DNA from: Nitrososphaerota archaeon
Lineage (GTDB): Archaea > Thermoproteota > Nitrososphaeria_A > Caldarchaeales > Calditenuaceae
DNA: 55,890 nt
Assembly: GCA_038845265.1 (NCBI GenBank)
Contig: JAWBQR010000009.1
Location: 1 to 55,890, forward strand
Reading direction: 5' to 3'
The notes beneath the pieces are model-generated. The model worked only from the letters and a program-made list of their open reading frames with translations. It did no database searches and was not told where the DNA came from. Below are positions 19,414-27,794 of the stretch, one piece after another. A program made the position numbers and the translations under genes. Every line of letters starts with the position of its first letter. The first letter of the stretch is position 1.

Positions 19414-19803
19414 TTATTGTTTCCCCACGTATGCTATTGCATCTATCTCGACTAAGAAATTCTTGCCAGGAATGTTTCCAGCTACAGTGCTTCTAGCTGG
19501 TGGTTCTTCTTTGAAGTATTCCCGGTAGACATCGTTCATGTCGTTAAAATCTTCAGCCCTTGCGAGAAACACGGTGACTTTTACCACGTCTTTCAGAGAT
19601 GCTCCAGCCGATTCAAGGACTGCCTTTATGTTTTCTAGTGCGCGTCTAGTCTGCTCTCTAATTCCGCCTGGAACCATCTGTCCTGTTGCTGGGTCTATTC
19701 CACCCATGCCCGCGACGAAGATGAAATCGCCTGCACGTATGGCCTGTGAGTATGCTCCGAGAGGCCTTGGGCCCTTTTCTGAGAAAATTACTTGTTTCGG
19801 CAT
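19414..19803 (-). CDS. ridA: RidA/YjgF enamine-imine deaminase
   Basis: GAYSQA, PPARSTV (catalytic Arg), VEIDAIA. Confidence 0.92.
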   Translation of the reverse strand: MPKQVIFSEKGPRPLGAYSQAIRAGDFIFVAGMGGIDPATGQMVPGGIREQTRRALENIKAVLESAGASLKDVVKVTVFLARAEDFNDMNDVYREYFKEEPPARSTVAGNIPGKNFLVEIDAIAYVGKQ

Positions 19804-19851
19804 CTCGACGAATAATAAATATCTCCTAATGTATAAATGTTTAATTGTTTT

Positions 19852-21312
19852 TTATCGGTTTAGAAGTGTTAGGGCTACGCCTCTAGCTGTCTCTAGGAAT
19901 GGGGAAGCATAGACTCCTATCAGGATGGAGAATATTGACAATAAAATGAGAGGTGTTATGATGGATATGCCTGGCTCTCTGCATCTCGATGAAGCTTCTG
20001 TCTCTGGTTTGACGAAGATTATCTGGACTACTCTTAGATGATACATCGCTCCTATAATGACGTTTATCAGCATTATGGCAGCCAAGATATGCAAGCCTGC
20101 TTCAAATGCGGAAATAATGATTGTGTATTCACTTACGAAGGCATTGAGTCCGGGAACTCCAGCCAGGCTGAATGCTCCAATTGAGTATGAAATGCCTGAG
20201 ATAGGCATTCTTTTCGCAATGCCCGCCATCTCTTCAAGGTTTCTGGTTCCTGATGCATGGATGAATGAGCCTGCAGCTAAGAAGAGGAGGGACTTAGATA
20301 CTGCATGATTCATTACGTGCAGCAGCCCCCCACTAAGTCCAAGTTCGGTCCCTATGCTGAGTGCAAAGACAATGTATCCCATATTTGCTATACTGCTGAA
20401 GGCAAGTAACCGCTTAATGTCGGTTTGTAGTGCAGCCATTAGATTTCCGATAGTCATTGTTAGAATAGATAGCAGCATAAGTCCAAGCTGCCAACTATAC
20501 ATACTGGGTGGATATACCATTGTGAGAAGTCTATACATTGCGTATACTCCAGTCTTTATTACTACTCCTGATAGCATTGCGCTTATCGGGCTTGGAGCGG
20601 CTGGATGAGCATCTGGCAGCCATGAATGGAATGGAACCATTGCTACGTTCACACCAAGGCCTCCTATGATGAAGACTAGGCCAGCAATACTCCATATTTC
20701 ATGGGCAGCTGTTTGACTAGTCATTCGGGCAGCTACTTCACTGATCACGAGCGTCCCCGTCATTCCGTAAATGAGCGATACTCCGAAAAGTATTGCTGCG
20801 GAGCCTGTCGAGCTCATTATCAGATATTTAAGCGATGCCTCGACGGCCTCCCACTCTCTATAATTAAACGCTACTAATATGTATGACGAGATACTCATGA
20901 GTTCCCAGAAGACGAAGAATGTTAAAAGATCGCCGGAGTAGAAAACTCCCACCATGCCCGTTGTCAGCAGTAATAGTAGGGAATAAAACTCTGGTATTCT
21001 CTCATGGATATATCCCAAAGAATAAATGCTTGATGCTAGGGCTATTCCCAGCACGATTAATGTCATATAGCTGCTCAGCTGATCTATCTGTAAAATAGCT
21101 AAACTACTACTTCCGCCGAGTAGGCTGATCCTTAGGGTTTCCGGAATGAATATGAACGTGTAAGATGAAATTAACGCGTAGAGAAAAACGAGTGAAGTAT
21201 AGGCTCCTGCTAACTTGTCAATCCGGAATTGTCTCGAAAATATTATAATGAGTGGTGAAAAAAGACTAGAAATAACAAGCACTGATAGAGGCGTTACGTC
21301 AACCTGCATCAT
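19852..21312 (-). CDS. Antiporter-like proton-translocating membrane subunit (NuoN/MrpD/MbhH family), stand-alone
   Basis: About 14 TM helices; FWELMS, EASLKY, PFHSWLPDAH, KRLLAFSS, HAVSK. Confidence 0.85.
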   Translation of the reverse strand: MMQVDVTPLSVLVISSLFSPLIIIFSRQFRIDKLAGAYTSLVFLYALISSYTFIFIPETLRISLLGGSSSLAILQIDQLSSYMTLIVLGIALASSIYSLGYIHERIPEFYSLLLLLTTGMVGVFYSGDLLTFFVFWELMSISSYILVAFNYREWEAVEASLKYLIMSSTGSAAILFGVSLIYGMTGTLVISEVAARMTSQTAAHEIWSIAGLVFIIGGLGVNVAMVPFHSWLPDAHPAAPSPISAMLSGVVIKTGVYAMYRLLTMVYPPSMYSWQLGLMLLSILTMTIGNLMAALQTDIKRLLAFSSIANMGYIVFALSIGTELGLSGGLLHVMNHAVSKSLLFLAAGSFIHASGTRNLEEMAGIAKRMPISGISYSIGAFSLAGVPGLNAFVSEYTIIISAFEAGLHILAAIMLINVIIGAMYHLRVVQIIFVKPETEASSRCREPGISIITPLILLSIFSILIGVYASPFLETARGVALTLLNR

Positions 21313-21445
21313 CAGTGATCAATTCATCGAACATTAGTCTACATATTAAACATAAACACAAATGGTATAAACGACTGATCGCACAAATCAGTTTTAAGCT
21401 TACACAGCATATTTTTCTACAGTGATTGAATAGTTTTGAGTGATG

Positions 21446-21557
21446 TAGCCCGGGGCGGATTCGAACCGCCGTCTCCGGGGCTCCCCTCCTTTATGGATCC
21501 AGAGCCCGGAATCCGTGATCCCTTTCTGGCCAGGATTGACCGCTAGACGACCGGGCT
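21446..21557 (-). tRNA. tRNA-Gln(CTG) with two introns (21515-21535 at position 21/22; 21481-21498 at position 37/38)
   Basis: Removing the 21- and 18-nt inserts gives a 73-nt cloverleaf AGCCCGG-TC-GTCT-AGCGGTCAA-GGAT-T-CCGGG-CTCTGGC-CCCGG-AGAC-GGCGG-TTCGAAT-CCGCC-CCGGGCT-A; BHB motifs at both introns; CCA not encoded. Confidence 0.92.
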
Positions 21558-21679
21558 TCACGGTGAATAGTTATTCCTCGATATTTAGGTTTTTATGGCT
21601 AGGGAATTTTTAGTTCTCTACGAATCATGACGACGTATCTAATGTTTTTTAATAGGGAGTTATGATATGTATTTAGTCT

Positions 21680-22483
21680 ATGGGTTATTTGTCTCTTTAC
21701 AAATATCCGAGACTTAAGGACCCAGCAATAATTATCGGACTTGCTGGATGGCCAGATGCTGGTGGAGTTTCATCACTCTCACTTTCATACATCAATGAGG
21801 TTACAAACTCGACCAGACTAGGCGTGATAGAGCTTTCTGACTATATTGACTTCACTTATCATAGACCGGTAGTTGAGATCGAGAATGGATTCGTGAAGAG
21901 CATCATAATGCCTAGCTTTGAAGTAAATTATGCCATTGGCTCCAATAGAGACCTAATCCTCATTTCAGGATATGAACCGAAAAGTGGCTGGGACAAGTTC
22001 ATCGATGCAATATTTGAACTGATAGATAGGTTTAAAGCTACTGAGCTCGTCACGATTGGTGGTCTTCTCGATAAGATTCCCCATACGAGGCCCGTGCGTG
22101 TATCATTTTTATGCGGAAGTGAAAGGATGTATAATAAGGCCATAACTCTTGGGCTCCGCCCCTCAAACTACTCCGGGCCGGGAAGCATACATAGCTTGAT
22201 AATCAGCAAGACCGCCGAGCTAGGGATTGACTCAGCATCCATCTGGGGGCATGTTCCTAACTACATAAACTTCCCAAACCCAAGAGTTATATCTGTAGTG
22301 ATTGAAAAACTATGTAAGTTGATAAATGTATCCATTGATCTTGATAGACTTTATTTCGAGGCTGCCAGCTTTGACGGCAAACTCAACTCATTAATGGAGC
22401 AAGATGAGGAGATGAGAAGGCTCGTAGAGTTGCTCGAGAAGGAGTTTGATAGGAACGAACGTGTACCAGATTATATCAGATAA
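21680..22483 (+). CDS. PAC2 family (proteasome assembly chaperone-like) protein
   Basis: GWPDAG, DFTYHRP, EP..W, IPHTRP, WGHVPNY. Confidence 0.85.
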   Translation: MGYLSLYKYPRLKDPAIIIGLAGWPDAGGVSSLSLSYINEVTNSTRLGVIELSDYIDFTYHRPVVEIENGFVKSIIMPSFEVNYAIGSNRDLILISGYEPKSGWDKFIDAIFELIDRFKATELVTIGGLLDKIPHTRPVRVSFLCGSERMYNKAITLGLRPSNYSGPGSIHSLIISKTAELGIDSASIWGHVPNYINFPNPRVISVVIEKLCKLINVSIDLDRLYFEAASFDGKLNSLMEQDEEMRRLVELLEKEFDRNERVPDYIR

Positions 22484-22567
22484 TCCTTTAATTGCAATAA
22501 AACAAATTATATTTTTCTCGATCAAAGAGATAGTTTAATACTGACAATTATTTGATAAAATAATGAC

Positions 22568-23395
22568 TTGAAAATCTTAATTATTGGCTGCGGGATGATG
22601 GGCAGCTGGTTTGCGGATTTTTTCGCCCGTCATGGTCATAAGTTATATTTTTATGATGTTAATAAGCGCTCGGCATTAATATTACAAAGAAAGAATTACG
22701 GGACTGCACTACCTTCATTATCTAAGCTGCCCGAGATCGATGGCGTCTTGGTATCTGTGCCCATCAGGGAGACTGGAAAAATCATTAGAAATTTGAGCAA
22801 ATTATTAGATACTGATAATTTCATAATTGAGATCTCATCATTTAAGGGACCTATATGGAAAGATGTAGTGAAGGCTAGGCAGAGGGGCATACTTTGTATC
22901 TCTATTCATCCACTCTTTGGTCCTGGCAAGAAAGATCTTAAAAATTCATGTACGGTTCATGTCAAGCCTTCAGACCTGAGGTCTGAGCGCATGATTTTGA
23001 GAAGGTTGTTGGACGGTACAAGATTTGTAACAATGTCGCCCAAAGAACATGACTCTGCAATGGGCATAGCAATATCACTTACTCATTTAGTTGGTGTATC
23101 GTTTGGCTCAACATTGGTTAAGCTAGGATATGATGCGCCACTTACAAAAAGTCTCAGTACTGCTCTTTCATTGATCGCGATATCCTACTCCGAGCCAATT
23201 AGTTTTTATTCAAAGGAAGTTTTGTATAATAAGTATTCATTGATAAGTTATAACTTATTCATGAAGGAGTTTCTCTCCTTCGTCAAAGAGCGAGACATTG
23301 TTAAGATAATCAAGAAACTCAAGAATGTAAGGAGTTATTTAGGTAAAAGATACAAAATTTCGAGGATCTATAAGGAGATTTATTCGACCGACTAA
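22568..23395 (+). CDS. tyrA: Prephenate/arogenate dehydrogenase (TyrA family)
   Basis: GCGMMG Rossmann motif, ISSFK, IHPLFGP, EHD. Confidence 0.8.
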   Translation: MKILIIGCGMMGSWFADFFARHGHKLYFYDVNKRSALILQRKNYGTALPSLSKLPEIDGVLVSVPIRETGKIIRNLSKLLDTDNFIIEISSFKGPIWKDVVKARQRGILCISIHPLFGPGKKDLKNSCTVHVKPSDLRSERMILRRLLDGTRFVTMSPKEHDSAMGIAISLTHLVGVSFGSTLVKLGYDAPLTKSLSTALSLIAISYSEPISFYSKEVLYNKYSLISYNLFMKEFLSFVKERDIVKIIKKLKNVRSYLGKRYKISRIYKEIYSTD

Positions 23396-23447
23396 TTTTT
23401 GTTTAACTCAATTAGTTATAAATAATGGTATAATAATGTTATATCTT

Positions 23448-24050
23448 ATGAAGAAATATGAGTTACCACCTCTTCCATACTCGTACAATGCTCTCGAGCC
23501 AGTGATTTCCGAGCAGATAATGATGCTCCATCACTCGAAACATCATTTAGCATATGTCAACGGGACGAACCTAGCAATTGAGAGGTTAGAAAAGGCGAGG
23601 AGGGGGGAAAATCCGGAAAATATTAGAGGAATCCTCAGAGATCTCAGCTTTAATCTCAGTGGCCATAAGCTACATGCAGTTTTTTGGCCTAATATGGCTC
23701 CTCCGGGTAAGGGTGGAGGTAAGCCGGGTGGACGAATTGCAGATCAGATAGACAGAGACTTTGGCTCCTTCGAGACTTTTAAGAAAATGTTCAGCGACGC
23801 AGCAAAAAATGTCGAGGCATCGGGCTGGGCTGTACTTACATATGATAGTGAGGGTGAGTTTTTAATTATTTATCAAGTTGAAAAACATAATTTGCTACAT
23901 CCGCCCAGTTTTCCAGTACTTTTAACAATAGATGTATGGGAACATGCCTACTATCTGCAGTACAAAAACGATAGAGGAGCATATGTTGATAATTGGTGGA
24001 ATGTAGTAAATTGGGACGACGTAGAGAAAAGATTCTCTAAAATCATTTAA
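23448..24050 (+). CDS. sod: Fe/Mn superoxide dismutase
   Basis: LPYSYNALEP, HHSKHH, GHKLH, DVWEHAYY. Confidence 0.96.
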   Translation: MKKYELPPLPYSYNALEPVISEQIMMLHHSKHHLAYVNGTNLAIERLEKARRGENPENIRGILRDLSFNLSGHKLHAVFWPNMAPPGKGGGKPGGRIADQIDRDFGSFETFKKMFSDAAKNVEASGWAVLTYDSEGEFLIIYQVEKHNLLHPPSFPVLLTIDVWEHAYYLQYKNDRGAYVDNWWNVVNWDDVEKRFSKII

Positions 24051-24060
24051 ATTGTAGACA

Positions 24061-24071
24061 TTTTGTTTTTT
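24061..24071 (+). terminator. Oligo-T tract downstream of sod (archaeal terminator-like)
   Basis: TTTTGTTTTTT starting 11 nt after the sod stop. Confidence 0.4.
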
Positions 24072-24184
24072 ACTATAAAGTTATTCAGTGGTATTACTCT
24101 AATAGTTTTTTGATATTTCATAAGACTGCGCGGCTAGTAAATGCTTATTTCTTGGACTTCTTTGTTGAAGATGGTGCTTAACAT

Positions 24185-24475
24185 ATGGATGGAATGATGC
24201 GTGCTTTAGCTATGTCATTCATAGGGTTAGCCATTAGTCTAACTCCTGCATTTGTAAGCATAATACTATCAGGAACTGGGCTAGCTGGGACTACTGCTGC
24301 ATATCTATTGGATAGCTGGCTTGATGGATTCTTTTCACTAAATCTTATATTCGCAATTATTGGTGTGCCCATAACTCTGGTAGGTCTTAAGAACTATAGG
24401 AAAGAGAGTAGAAAGAGGGCGAGATTATTTAGCTGGCGAGAGAGCGTCCACGAGGCAGAGTTATCAATTCTATAA
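24185..24475 (+). CDS. Small hypothetical membrane protein
   Basis: Two hydrophobic segments and a basic tail; fills the gap before convergent sucC. Confidence 0.55.
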   Translation: MDGMMRALAMSFIGLAISLTPAFVSIILSGTGLAGTTAAYLLDSWLDGFFSLNLIFAIIGVPITLVGLKNYRKESRKRARLFSWRESVHEAELSIL

Positions 24476-25597
24476 CTAAGTCAGAGATAATTCAACAACT
24501 TTTCTAGCTGCTTCTTCCATGGAATCGTACCACTCTAAACCATTCTCCATCAATATTCTCCTTCCTAATTCCTCTCTATTTCCAACAAGCCTAACCACGA
24601 TTCTTTTAGCTTTATTAGAACTCTTTAAGGCCCTCACGATTCCGTTTGCTACTTCGTCACATCTCGTCAATCCGCCCAGAACATTTATGAAAATAATTTT
24701 TATTTTCTCATTTTGCAGAAGAAGGGAAAGAGCATTGAAGACAACTTCTTCGCTAGCACCTCCGCCTATATCTAGGAAATTTGCAGGCTGGCCTCCGAGG
24801 TTTTTTACTAAATCCATTGTTGCCATTGTTAGTCCTGCTCCGTTACTGATTATGCCTATGTCGCCATCAAGCTCCACGTAGTTGATTCCAAGGGCCCTGG
24901 CCTTTTCCTCTAGCGTTGCTTCTTCTCGGCTGAAGTCTAATCGATACTTTCTGACTGCATTATCATCTATCACCATCTTTGCATCGAGAGCCATAAGCTT
25001 TGACTCAGCTGTTACTGCGAGAGGATTTATCTCTACTAATTCGCAGCCTAGTTCCACATAGAGTTCATATAGATTTTTTATGATCTTACTGCATTCTTGA
25101 GCTAACTGGTTTTTTAATTCAAGGAAGCTTACGGCTTTTCTAACTTGATACTCATGTAGACCCACTATGGGATCGATTGGGATTTTACAAAGAATATCAG
25201 GATTAATCGAGAACAGCTCCTCGATATTTATTCCTCCAGTCTTAGAGGCGAGGAGTAAATGTTGCTCGCGACTCCTATCTAATACTAGAGCTATGTAAAG
25301 CTCAATGATAGGTCTCACCGCTTTTGCTACAATCAATTTGTTTACCTTTTCGCCCTTAATTGTCATGCCTAAGATCTCATTAGCGGTTTTTTCAACGTCT
25401 TCGGGTGATTCTACAATTCTTATGCCGCCGACCTTTCCTCTACCACCCACCAATACTTGGGCTTTGAGCACGACCGGAGGTCCTAGTGTCTTCGCAGCTA
25501 TTTTTGCTTCTTCAGGGCTTTTAACTACTTTATAATCAGGATATGGAATATTCTTTCGCATAAATGTCTCTGCCGCCTCATATTCATACAGCTTCAT
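24476..25597 (-). CDS. sucC: Succinyl-CoA synthetase (ADP-forming) beta subunit
   Basis: MKLYEYE, KAQVLVGGRGK, EINPL, NGAGL, ANFLDIGGG, TRCDEVA. Confidence 0.92.
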   Translation of the reverse strand: MKLYEYEAAETFMRKNIPYPDYKVVKSPEEAKIAAKTLGPPVVLKAQVLVGGRGKVGGIRIVESPEDVEKTANEILGMTIKGEKVNKLIVAKAVRPIIELYIALVLDRSREQHLLLASKTGGINIEELFSINPDILCKIPIDPIVGLHEYQVRKAVSFLELKNQLAQECSKIIKNLYELYVELGCELVEINPLAVTAESKLMALDAKMVIDDNAVRKYRLDFSREEATLEEKARALGINYVELDGDIGIISNGAGLTMATMDLVKNLGGQPANFLDIGGGASEEVVFNALSLLLQNEKIKIIFINVLGGLTRCDEVANGIVRALKSSNKAKRIVVRLVGNREELGRRILMENGLEWYDSMEEAARKVVELSLT

Positions 25598-25650
25598 TTT
25601 CGAATACAGTATTCTATTAATAATTAAAAATATTTGGATTTATTTCAGTC

Positions 25651-26139
25651 CTAAACGCCGAGGAATAATTCTGTATCAGGTATCCCGGCAGCGTGGAAAA
25701 TCTCTCCTGGTACGGATTCTTTGCCTGGAGGTATGCCTGGCTTTAGGCTTCTATACCTCTCATAGAACGCAGTCCTTACTTTTTCGACATAGCCGAAGAG
25801 CTCCTTGGCATTGCTGTATTTGGACTTAATCGTTTTATATTTAATGCCTTTACTCGTGATCTCTGCAACGATACAGGTAATCCGCCCTTTCGCCTTATCA
25901 TATGACTTCTTTACGCCCTTTGCAGATGAGTCTGCCACTGCTTCTACAAGAACAGAAACGTGCCTTTTTGCATGGTCCTTTTCCATTAGCAGATCAATTG
26001 CGAAGCCGCATCTTCCGAACCTTGCATATATCTGCCTCTCCATGGGATAGTGCCTCAGTGTTGCTAGCCCTCTTAAGGAGGGTTCGCTTAGAAGCCTAAG
26101 TATCTCCTCTAATACTGGATTGGGCCTTTGCATCTTCAA
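25651..26139 (-). CDS. Hypothetical protein (basic, 162 aa)
   Basis: Only sizeable ORF filling the gap; divergent from Lrp gene, co-oriented with sucC. Confidence 0.6.
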   Translation of the reverse strand: MKMQRPNPVLEEILRLLSEPSLRGLATLRHYPMERQIYARFGRCGFAIDLLMEKDHAKRHVSVLVEAVADSSAKGVKKSYDKAKGRITCIVAEITSKGIKYKTIKSKYSNAKELFGYVEKVRTAFYERYRSLKPGIPPGKESVPGEIFHAAGIPDTELFLGV

Positions 26140-26194
26140 GAATCCTTAAAGAGAAATTATGTATTAAGCTTTCTCCTAATAATAGTGATAATAC

Positions 26195-26659
26195 TTGAGG
26201 GGGACAGAGAAACTGGATGAGGTAGACCATAAAATATTGGCAGAGCTAATAAAAAACGCTAGGGTTTCTTATAGAGAACTGGCGAAGAAGCTTGGATTAT
26301 CTGTCGCTACTGTAGCCTATCGTGTCACTAAGCTGCAGAAGAGCGGACTAATCAAAGGCTTCACAACCCTGATAAACTATGAGGAGATGGGATACGAGAT
26401 CACAGCCATAATCAAGCTAGTAATCAAGGAGGGTCGACTACTCGAGGTTCAAAGAGAAATAGCGGCTGAAAAAAACGTAGTAGCAGTATATGACGTGACG
26501 GGCGAGGTCGACTCAATAGTCATTTGCCGATTCAAGGATAGGCAGGAAATGAGCGCCTTTATAAAGAGAATCTTAAAGATGCCCTATGTCGAGAGGAGTT
26601 CAACACACGTCGTGTTAGAGGTCGTCAAAGAAGACTTAAACTCCCTATTTACGTCGTGA
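26195..26659 (+). CDS. Lrp/AsnC family transcriptional regulator
   Basis: LDEVD..IL..L..NAR.S..ELA HTH plus RAM domain (VTGEVD). Confidence 0.93.
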   Translation: MRGTEKLDEVDHKILAELIKNARVSYRELAKKLGLSVATVAYRVTKLQKSGLIKGFTTLINYEEMGYEITAIIKLVIKEGRLLEVQREIAAEKNVVAVYDVTGEVDSIVICRFKDRQEMSAFIKRILKMPYVERSSTHVVLEVVKEDLNSLFTS

Positions 26660-26716
26660 AGAAAATAAAGCTGATGGATGGTAATATTTATTACCGAGAG
26701 TTTGTTGTTTCTTCAC
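26656..26716. promoter_or_regulatory. Long imperfect inverted repeat between lrp and hisG
   Basis: GTGAAGAAA(26656)...TTTCTTCAC(26716) enclosing GGTAATA-TT-TATTACC (26680-26695). Confidence 0.45.
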
Positions 26717-26798
26717 TGATGGTCGAGGTTAATTTGCTTCATTAAGTCTAGCCGTATAAAAGTCTTTATAGTAATCTCTACAGGGGTGTTGTCAAAAT

Positions 26799-27794
26799 AT
26801 GGGTAGGCTTAGATTTGCTATACCTAAGGGCTCGCTTGAGAATGATACACTAGAGTTGTTGAGACGTGCATTCTATGACGTCAAGGGAGCCGAGCGAACC
26901 TACAGGCCAGTAATTAGCGATAAAGAGATCGAGCTCAAGATTCTTCGACCTCAAGAAATCCCGATATACGTTGCTGAAGGGTACTACGACGTGGGCATAA
27001 CTGGGCTTGACTGGGTCGAAGAGACGTCTGCAAAGGTAGAGGTGCTGAAGGATTTAGAGTACGGCAGGGTGAGGCTCGTCATGGCAGCTCCAATCGCGTA
27101 TGGATATAAGAGCCTGAGTGATTTACTCGAGAGAAGACTGAACAGTAATATGCCTATTCGCATCTCAACTGAATATCTAAACATTACGGCTAAGAAAATC
27201 ATGGCAAATGAGGTTTATCAGAAATACTTTGGGGAGAAGATGCCCATGATTGTGACCCCTTGGATTAGGAAAGGTGAGAATCCCAATGTTTGCATCTTCT
27301 TATCATTCGGTGCAACTGAGGCCAAGCCTCCCGAGGAGGCAGATGCAATAGTTGACAACACGGAGACCGGCAGAACACTCGAGCAAAACAACCTTACAGT
27401 TATAGAGGAGTTCATGACCAGTACAGCCATATTGATCGCTAACAAGGACTCTATGCAAGATCCATGGAAGAAGGAGAAGATACTTGATATCTTATCAATG
27501 TTTACCGGCGTCTTAGAGTCAAAGAAGAGACTACACATATTCTTAAATGTAAAGGAGGAAAACTTGGAGGAATTACTATCTATACTGCCGGCTCTTAAGG
27601 CCCCCACAATTAATAAGCTATCAGTAGAGGGGTGGTATGCAGTCAACACTGTCATCGAGAAAGAGGAACTTTTCAGAATTTTGCCAAAGCTTCGAAGAAT
27701 CGCGCAGGGGCTTGTCGCGCATGAACCACAGCTCTTACTGTCTCTAGAAGAGATACTCCAAGGTGGTATGAATGGTGAAATTGATAAGAGCTAA
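26799..27794 (+). CDS. hisG: ATP phosphoribosyltransferase (long form)
   Basis: AIPKGSL, RPQEIP, GITGLDW, GATE, TGRTL, C-terminal regulatory domain. Confidence 0.95.
   Translation: MGRLRFAIPKGSLENDTLELLRRAFYDVKGAERTYRPVISDKEIELKILRPQEIPIYVAEGYYDVGITGLDWVEETSAKVEVLKDLEYGRVRLVMAAPIAYGYKSLSDLLERRLNSNMPIRISTEYLNITAKKIMANEVYQKYFGEKMPMIVTPWIRKGENPNVCIFLSFGATEAKPPEEADAIVDNTETGRTLEQNNLTVIEEFMTSTAILIANKDSMQDPWKKEKILDILSMFTGVLESKKRLHIFLNVKEENLEELLSILPALKAPTINKLSVEGWYAVNTVIEKEELFRILPKLRRIAQGLVAHEPQLLLSLEEILQGGMNGEIDKS

Noticed and set aside
21446-21470. tRNA-Gln 3' end as attachment site for the AT-rich island
   Set aside because: No duplicate of the tRNA 3' end found by eye and no integrase in the window
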